NCBI GenBank assembly: GCA_964016885.1
Contig: OZ024741.1
Location: 5,890,001 to 5,954,000, forward strand
Direction: 5' to 3'
Length of the DNA stretch: 64,000 nucleotides
DNA from: Eledone cirrhosa
Taxonomy: Eukaryota
The notes under the pieces were generated by a model. That model was not told the DNA's origin and made no database searches. It was given only the letters and a program-made list of their open reading frames with translations. The translations under genes were made by a program, and so were the position numbers. Below, in pieces: positions 55,901-64,000 of the stretch (position 1 is its first letter; the number at the start of each line of letters is the position of its first letter).

Positions 55901-58900
55901 CATGTCATCCCTAACACTAATTACCTCACAGAATATCTCAGCTGTGAAGGTCTTACTATCATGTCAGCCCTAACACTAATTACCTCAGAGAATATCTCAG
56001 CTGTGAAGGTCTTACTAACATGTCACCCCTAACACTAATTACCTCACACAATATCTCAGCTGTGAAGGTCTTACTAACATGTCACCCCTAACACTAATTA
56101 CCTCACACAATATCTCAGATGTGAAGGTCTTACTAACATGTCACTCTTAACATTAATTACCTCACAGAATATCTCAGTTGTGAAGGTCTTACTAACATGT
56201 CACCCCTAACACTAATTACCTCACAGAATATCTGAGTTGTGAAGGTCTTACTAACATGTTACCCCTAACACTAATTACCTCACAGAATATCTCAGCTGTG
56301 AAGGTCTTACTAACATGTCACCCCTAACACTAATTACCTCACAGAATATCTCAGCTGTGAAGGTCTTACTAACATGTCACCCCTAACACTAATTACCTCA
56401 CACAATATCTCAGATGTGAAGGTCTTACTAACATGTCACCCCTAACACTAATTACCTCACAGAATATCTGAGTTGTGAAGGTCTTACTAACATGTTACCC
56501 CTAACACTAATTACCTCACAGAATATCTCAGCTGTGAAGGTCTTACTAACATGTCACCCCTAACACTAATTACCTCACAGAATATCTCAGTTGTGAAGGT
56601 CTTACTAACATGTCAGCCCTAACACTAATTACATCACAGAATATCTCAGCTGTGAAGGTCTAATTAACATGTCACCCCTAACACTAATTACCTCACACAA
56701 TATCTCAGATGTGAAGGTCTTACTAACATGTCACCCCTAACACTAATTACCTCACAGAATATCTTAGATGTGAAGGTCTTACTAACATGTCACCCCTAAC
56801 ACTAATTACCTCACAGAACATCATAGCTGTGAAAGATCTTACTAACATCTCACCCCTAACACTAATTACCTCACAGAATATCTCAACTGTGAAAGGTCTT
56901 ACTAACATCTCACCCCTAACACTAATTATCTCACAGAATATCTCAGCTGTGAGGGCCTTACTAACATGTCACCCCTAACACTAATTACCTCACAGAATAT
57001 CATAGCTGTGAAGGTCTTACTAACATGTCACCCCTAACACTAATTATCTCACAGAATATCTCAACTGTGAAGGTCTTACTAACATGTCACCCCTAACACT
57101 AATTACCTAACAGAATATCTCAACTGTGAAGGTCTTACTAACATGTCACCCCTAACATTAATTACCTAACTGAATATCTCAGCTGTGAGGGTCTTACTAA
57201 CATGTCACCCCTAACACTAATTACCTAACAGAATATCTCAACTGTGAAGGTCTTACTAACATGTCACCCCTAACACTAATTATCTCACAGAATATCTCAG
57301 CTGTGATGGTCTTACTAACATGTGACCCCTAATACTAATTATCTCACAGAATATCTCAGATGTGAAGGTCTTAATAACATGTCACCCCTAACACTAATTA
57401 CCTCACAGAATATCTCAGTTGTGAAGGTCTTACTAACATGTCATCCCTAACACTAATTACCTCACAGAATATCTCAGATGTGAAGGTCTTACTAACATGT
57501 CATCCCTAACACTAATTACCTCACAAAATGTCTCAGCTGTGAAGGTCTTACTAACATGTCACCCCTAACACTAATTACCTCACAAAATATCTCAGTTGTG
57601 AAAGTCTTACTAACATGTCACCCCTAACACTAATTACATCACAGAATATCTTAATTGTGAAAGTCTTACTAACATGTCACCCCTAACACTAATTACATCA
57701 CAGAATATCTCAATTGTGAAGGTCTTATTAACATGTCACCCCTAACACTAAGTACCTCACACAATATCTCAGCTGTGAAGGTGTAATTAACATGTCACAC
57801 CTAACACTAATTACCTCACAGAATATCTCAACTCTGAAGGTCTTACTAACATGTCACCCCTAACATTAATTACCTCACAGAATATCTCAGCTTTGAAGGT
57901 CTTACTAACATGTCACCCCTAACACTGATTACCTCACACAATATCTCAGCTGTGAAGGTCTTACTAACATGTCACCCCTAACACTAATTATCTCACAGAA
58001 TATCTCAGCTGTGAAGGTCTTACTAACATGTCACCCCTAACACTAATTATCTCACAGAATATCTCAGCTGTGAAGGTCTTACTAACATGTCACCCCTAAC
58101 ACTAATTATCTCACAGAATATCTCAGATGTGAAGGTCTTACTAACATGTCACCCCTAACACTAATTATCTCACAGAATATCTCAGTTGTGAAGGTCTTAC
58201 TAACATGTCACCCCTAACACTAATTACCTCACAGAATATCTCAGATGTGAAGATCTTACTAACATGTCACCCCTAACACTAATTATCTCACAGAATATCT
58301 CAACTGTGAAGGTCTTACTAACATGTCACCCCTAACACTAATTATCTCACAGAATAGCTCAGATGTGAATGTCTTACTAACATGTCACCCCTAACACTAA
58401 TTATCTCACAGAATATCTCAGATGTGAAGGTCTTACTAACATGTCACCCCTAACACTAATTATCTCACAGAATATCTCAGATGTGAAGGTCTTACTAACA
58501 TGTCACCCCTAACACTAATTATCTCACAGAATATCTCAGATGTGAAATCTTACTAACATGTCACCCCTAACACTAATTACCTCACAGAATATCTCAGATG
58601 TGAAGGTCTTACTAACATGTCACCCCTAACACTAATTACCTCACAGAATATCTCAGCTGTGAAGGTCTTACTAACATGTCACCCCTAACACTAATTATCT
58701 CACAGAATATCTCAGCTGTGAAGGTCTTACTAACATGTCACCCCTAACACTAATTATCTCACACAATATCTCAGCTGTGAAGGTCTTACTAACATGTCAC
58801 CCCTAACACTAATTACCTAACAGAATATCTCAGATGTGAAGGTCTTACTAACATCTCACTCTTAACATTAATTACCTCACAGAATATCTCAGTTGTGAAG

Positions 58901-61100
58901 GTCTTACTAACATGTCACCCCTAACACTAATTGCCTCACACAATATCTCAGCTGTGAAGGTCTTACTAACATGTCACCCCTAACACTAATTACCTCACAC
59001 AATATCTCAGATGTGAAGGTCTTACTAACATGTCACTCTTAACATTAATTACCTCACAGAATATCTCAGTTGTGAAGGTCTTACTAACATGTCACCCCTA
59101 ACACTAATTACCTCACAGAATATCTGAGTTGTGAAGGTCTTACTAACATGTTACCCCTAACACTAATTACCTCACAGAATATCTCAGCTGTGAAGGTCTT
59201 ACTAACATGTCACCCCTAACACTAATTACCTCACACAATATCTCAGTTGTGAAGGTCTTACTAACATGTCAGCCCTAACACTAATTACATCACAGAATAT
59301 CTCAGCTGTGAAGGTCTAATTAACATGTCACCCCTAACACTAATTACCTCACACAATATCTCAGATGTGAAGGTCTTACTAACATGTCACCCCTAACACT
59401 AATTACCTCACAGAATATCTTAGATGTGAAGGTCTTACTAACATGTCACCCCTAACACTAATTACCTCACAGAACATCATAGCTGTGAAAGATCTTACTA
59501 ACATCTCACCCCTAACACTAATTACCTCACAGAATATCTCAACTGTGAAAGGTCTTACTAACATCTCACCCCTAACACTAATTATCTCACAGAATATCTC
59601 AGCTGTGAGGGCCTTACTAACATGTCACCCCTAACACTAATTACCTCACAGAATATCATAGCTGTGAAGGTCTTACTAACATGTCACCCCTAACACTAAT
59701 TATCTCACAGAATATCTCAACTGTGAAGGTCTTACTAACATGTCACCCCTAACACTAATTACCTAACAGAATATCTCAACTGTGAAGGTCTTACTAACAT
59801 GTCACCCCTAACATTAATTACCTAACTGAATATCTCAGCTGTGAGGGTCTTACTAACATGTCACCCCTAACACTAATTACCTAACAGAATATCTCAACTG
59901 TGAAGGTCTTACTAACATGTCACCCCTAACACTAATTATCTCACAGAATATCTCAGCTGTGATGGTCTTACTAACATGTGACCCCTAATACTAATTATCT
60001 CACAGAATATCTCAGATGTGAAGGTCTTAATAACATGTCACCCCTAACACTAATTACCTCACAGAATATCTCAGTTGTGAAGGTCTTACTAACATGTCAT
60101 CCCTAACACTAATTACCTCACAGAATATCTCAGATGTGAAGGTCTTACTAACATGTCATCCCTAACACTAATTACCTCACAAAATGTCTCAGCTGTGAAG
60201 GTCTTACTAACATGTCACCCCTAACACTAATTACCTCACAAAATATCTCAGTTGTGAAAGTCTTACTAACATGTCACCCCTAACACTAATTACATCACAG
60301 AATATCTTAATTGTGAAAGTCTTACTAACATGTCACCCCTAACACTAATTACATCACAGAATATCTCAATTGTGAAGGTCTTATTAACATGTCACCCCTA
60401 ACACTAAGTACCTCACACAATATCTCAGCTGTGAAGGTGTAATTAACATGTCACACCTAACACTAATTACCTCACAGAATATCTCAACTCTGAAGGTCTT
60501 ACTAACATGTCACCCCTAACATTAATTACCTCACAGAATATCTCAGCTTTGAAGGTCTTACTAACATGTCACCCCTAACACTGATTACCTCACACAATAT
60601 CTCAGCTGTGAAGGTCTTACTAACATGTCACCCCTAACACTAATTATCTCACAGAATATCTCAGCTGTGAAGGTCTTACTAACATGTCACCCCTAACACT
60701 AATTATCTCACAGAATATCTCAGCTGTGAAGGTCTTACTAACATGTCACCCCTAACACTAATTATCTCACAGAATATCTCAGATGTGAAGGTCTTACTAA
60801 CATGTCACCCCTAACACTAATTATCTCACAGAATATCTCAGTTGTGAAGGTCTTACTAACATGTCACCCCTAACACTAATTATCTCACAGAATAGCTCAG
60901 ATGTGAATGTCTTACTAACATGTCACCCCTAACACTAATTATCTCACAGAATATCTCAGATGTGAAGGTCTTACTAACATGTCACCCCTAACACTAATTA
61001 TCTCACAGAATATCTCAGATGTGAAGGTCTTACTAACATGTCACCCCTAACACTAATTATCTCACAGAATATCTCAGATGTGAAATCTTACTAACATGTC
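41000..61100 (+). repeat. Irregular higher-order repeat domain of about 35-54 monomer period
   Basis: Cassette AACATCATAGCTGTGAAAG at 44191, 47140, 50323, 52390, 54573, 56817 and 59473, preceded in most copies by the ordered variants TCTGAGTTG, GTTACCCC, GTCTAATT and CTTAGATG. Confidence 0.85.
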
Positions 61101-61150
61101 ACCCCTAACACTAATTACCTCACAGAATATCTCAGATGTGAAGGTCTTAC
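56450..61150 (+). repeat. Recent tandem duplication of an approximately 45-monomer (2656-bp) unit
   Basis: GAAAGATCTT at 56831/59487 and AGTACCTC at 57751/60407 have offset 2656 = 45x59+1. AATAGCTC at 58353/60891 has offset 2538, so copy 2 lacks 2 monomers. Confidence 0.9.
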
Positions 61151-62425
61151 TAACATGTCACCCCTAACACTAATTATCTCACAGAATATCTCAGATGTGA
61201 AATCTTACTAACATGTCACCCCTAACACTAATTACATCACAGAATATCTCAGATGTGAAGGTCTTACTAACATATCATCCCTTACACTAATTACCTCACA
61301 GAATATCTCAGCTGTGAAGGTCTTACTAACATGTCACCCCTAACACTAATTACCTCAGAGAATATCACAGCTGTGAAGGTCTTACTAACATGTCACCCCT
61401 AACACTAATTACCTCACAGAATATCTCAGATGTGAAGGTCTTACTAACATGTCACCCCTAACACTAATTATCTCACAGAATATCTCAGATGTGAAATCTT
61501 ACTAACATGTCACCCCTAACACTAATTACATCACAGAATATCTCAGATGTGAAGGTCTTACTAACATATCATCCCTTACACTAATTACCTCACAGAATAT
61601 CTCAGCTGTGAAGGTCTTACTAACATGTCACCCCTAACACTAATTACCTCAGAGAATATCACAGCTGTGAAGGTCTTACTAACATGTCACCCCTAACACT
61701 AATTACCTCACAGAATATCTCAGATGTGAAGGTCTTACTAACATGTCACCCCTAACACTAATTATCTCACAGAATATCTCAGATGTGAAATCTTACTAAC
61801 ATGTCACCCCTAACACTAATTACATCACAGAATATCTCAGATGTGAAGGTCTTACTAACATATCATCCCTTACACTAATTACCTCACAGAATATCTCAGC
61901 TGTGAAGGTCTTACTAACATGTCACCCCTAACACTAATTACCTCAGAGAATATCACAGCTGTGAAGGTCTTACTAACATGTCACCCCTAACACTAATTAC
62001 CTCACAGAATATCTCAGATGTGAAGGTCTTACTAACATGTCACCCCTAACACTAATTATCTCACAGAATATCTCAGATGTGAAATCTTACTAACATGTCA
62101 CCCCTAACACTAATTACATCACAGAATATCTCAGATGTGAAGGTCTTACTAACATATCATCCCTTACACTAATTACCTCACAGAATATCTCAGCTGTGAA
62201 GGTCTTACTAACATGTCACCCCTAACACTAATTACCTCAGAGAATATCACAGCTGTGAAGGTCTTACTAACATGTCACCCCTAACACTAATTACCTCACA
62301 GAATATCTCAGATGTGAAGGTCTTACTAACATGTCACCCCTAACACTAATTATCTCACAGAATATCTCAGATGTGAAATCTTACTAACATGTCACCCCTA
62401 ACACTAATTACATCACAGAATATCT
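61100..62425 (+). repeat. Homogeneous pentameric higher-order repeat, 294-bp unit, 4 or more copies
   Basis: The 58-bp variant GTGAAATCTT occurs at 61197, 61491, 61785, 62079 and 62373 (spacing exactly 294 = 5x59-1). ATCCCTTACAC and GAGAATATCACAG appear once per unit. Confidence 0.93.
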
Positions 62426-63250
62426 CAATTGTGAAGGTCTTATTAACATGTCACCCCTAACACTAAGTACCTCACACAATATCTCAGCTGTGAAGGTGTA
62501 ATTAACATGTCACACCTAACACTAATTACCTCACAGAATATCTCAACTCTGAAGGTCTTACTAACATGTCACCCCTAACATTAATTACCTCACAGAATAT
62601 CTCAGCTTTGAAGGTCTTACTAACATGTCACCCCTAACACTGATTACCTCACACAATATCTCAGCTGTGAAGGTCTTACTAACATGTCACCCCTAACACT
62701 AATTATCTCACAGAATATCTCAGCTGTGAAGGTCTTACTAACATGTCACCCCTAACACTAATTATCTCACAGAATATCTCAGCTGTGAAGGTCTTACTAA
62801 CATGTCACCCCTAACACTAATTATCTCACAGAATATCTCAGATGTGAAGGTCTTACTAACATGTCACCCCTAACACTAATTATCTCACAGAATATCTCAG
62901 TTGTGAAGGTCTTACTAACATGTCACCCCTAACACTAATTATCTCACAGAATAGCTCAGATGTGAATGTCTTACTAACATGTCACCCCTAACACTAATTA
63001 TCTCACAGAATATCTCAGATGTGAAGGTCTTACTAACATGTCACCCCTAACACTAATTATCTCACAGAATATCTCAGATGTGAAGGTCTTACTAACATGT
63101 CACCCCTAACACTAATTATCTCACAGAATATCTCAGATGTGAAATCTTACTAACATGTCACCCCTAACACTAATTACCTCACAGAATATCTCAGATGTGA
63201 AGGTCTTACTAACATGTCACCCCTAACACTAATTATCTCACAGAATATCT
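62400..63250 (+). repeat. Third copy of block ~60340-61190 (about 14 monomers)
   Basis: AGTACCTC at 60407/62466 and AATAGCTC at 60891/62950 have offset 2059 = 35x59-6, matching the six 58-bp monomers in between. Confidence 0.88.
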
Positions 63251-64000
63251 CAGCTGTGAAGGTCTTACTAACATGTCACCCCTAACACGAATTACCTCCC
63301 ACAATATCTCAACTGTGAAGGTCTTACTAACATGTCACCCCTAACACTAATTACCTCACAGAATATCTCAGCTGTGAAGGTCTTACTAACATATCATCCC
63401 TTACACTAATTACCTCACAGAATATCTCAGCTGTGAAGGTCTTACTAACATGTCACCCCTAACACTAATTACCTCAGAGAATATCACAGCTGTGAAGGTC
63501 TTACTAACATGTCACCCCTAACACTAATTACCTCACACAATATCTCAGTTGTGAAGGTCTTACTAACATGTCACCCCTAACACTAATTACCTCACACAAT
63601 ATCTCAGATGTGAAGGTCTTACTAACATGTCACCCCTAACACTAATTACCTCACAGAGTATCTTAGATGTGAAGGTCTTACTAACATGTCACCCCTAACA
63701 CTAATTACCTCACAGAATATCTCAACTGTGAAGGTCTTACTAATATGTCACCACTAACACTAATTACCTCACAGAATATCTCAACTGTGAAGGTCTTACT
63801 AACATGTCACCCCTAACACTAATTACCTCACAGAATATCTCAGCTGTGAAGGTCTTACTAACATGTCACCCCTAACACTAATTATCTCACAGAATATCTC
63901 AGCTGTGAAGGTCTTACTAACATGTCACCCCTAAAACTAATTATCTCACAGAATATCTCAACTGTGAAGGTCTTACTAACATGTCACCACTAACACTAAT

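Larger units (their letters stand above)
1..64000 (+). repeat. 59-bp tandem satellite DNA array (~1,085 monomers, extends beyond both window edges)
   Basis: The text shifts by exactly 1 nt per 60-nt line throughout, giving a 59-bp period. Consensus TATCTCAGCTGTGAAGGTCTTACTAACATGTCACCCCTAACACTAATTACCTCACAGAA. Most copies differ by only 0-4 substitutions. No non-repeat sequence or orientation change was seen. Confidence 0.99.

Noticed and set aside
47035-59634. Five 63-102 aa ORFs with repeated SPLTLITSQNIS motifs, superficially like LRR or mucin repeats
   Set aside because: All coincide with pairs of 60-bp monomers in a duplicated cassette. The 59-bp period is not a multiple of 3 and ordinary monomers hit stops within about 2-3 units.
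1-64000. CRISPR array (conserved part plus variable part)
   Set aside because: The variable part differs only by point substitutions. There are no unique spacers, leader or cas genes.
1-64000. True telomeric tract or G-quadruplex array
   Set aside because: There is only one exact CCCTAA and one G4 run (minus strand) per 59 bp. The G-runs are too far apart for a canonical intramolecular quadruplex.
1-64000. Tandem tRNA, 5S rRNA, snRNA or spliced-leader gene array, or a satellite-encoded hammerhead ribozyme
   Set aside because: The monomer shows no cloverleaf, Pol III A/B boxes or recognisable Sm site. The consensus lacks the hammerhead core (CTGATGA ... GAAA) on both strands.
1-64000. Array being entirely a sequencing or assembly artefact (concatemer)
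   Set aside because: Rare linked variants recur in conserved order at exact multiples of 59 bp with graded divergence, which random error would not produce. Individual near-perfect duplications still need read support.

Overview
The whole 64 kb window is a single uninterrupted head-to-tail tandem array (satellite DNA) of a 59-bp monomer, about 1,085 copies, all in the same orientation. The consensus is TATCTCAG[C/A/T]TGTGAAGGTCTTACTAACATGTCACCCCTAACACTAATTA[C/T]CTCACA[G/C]AA (~41% GC, C>>G skew on the + strand, no CpG). I see no genes, RNA genes, CRISPR spacers, transposon insertions or inversions. The short ORFs listed arise where rare 1-bp indels shift the frame past the monomer's stop codons. 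The interest lies in two places. (i) Rare monomer variants act as barcodes and reveal a layered history of duplication: exact tandem duplications of 3, 4, 5, 7, 14, 40 and about 45 monomers, a young 294-bp pentamer higher-order repeat, dispersed block copies, and a variant cassette from the first 19 kb that returns at about 63 kb. (ii) The monomer itself carries a dyad/hairpin, a telomere-like CCCTAA-CACTAA doublet, and a branch-point/STAR-protein motif (TACTAAC...TAAC, CACTAAT) placed 31 nt before a CAG, then an 18-nt segment and a GT. Any function for these motifs is inference. The organism and satellite family cannot be identified from the sequence alone. All offsets were counted by hand from marker motifs.
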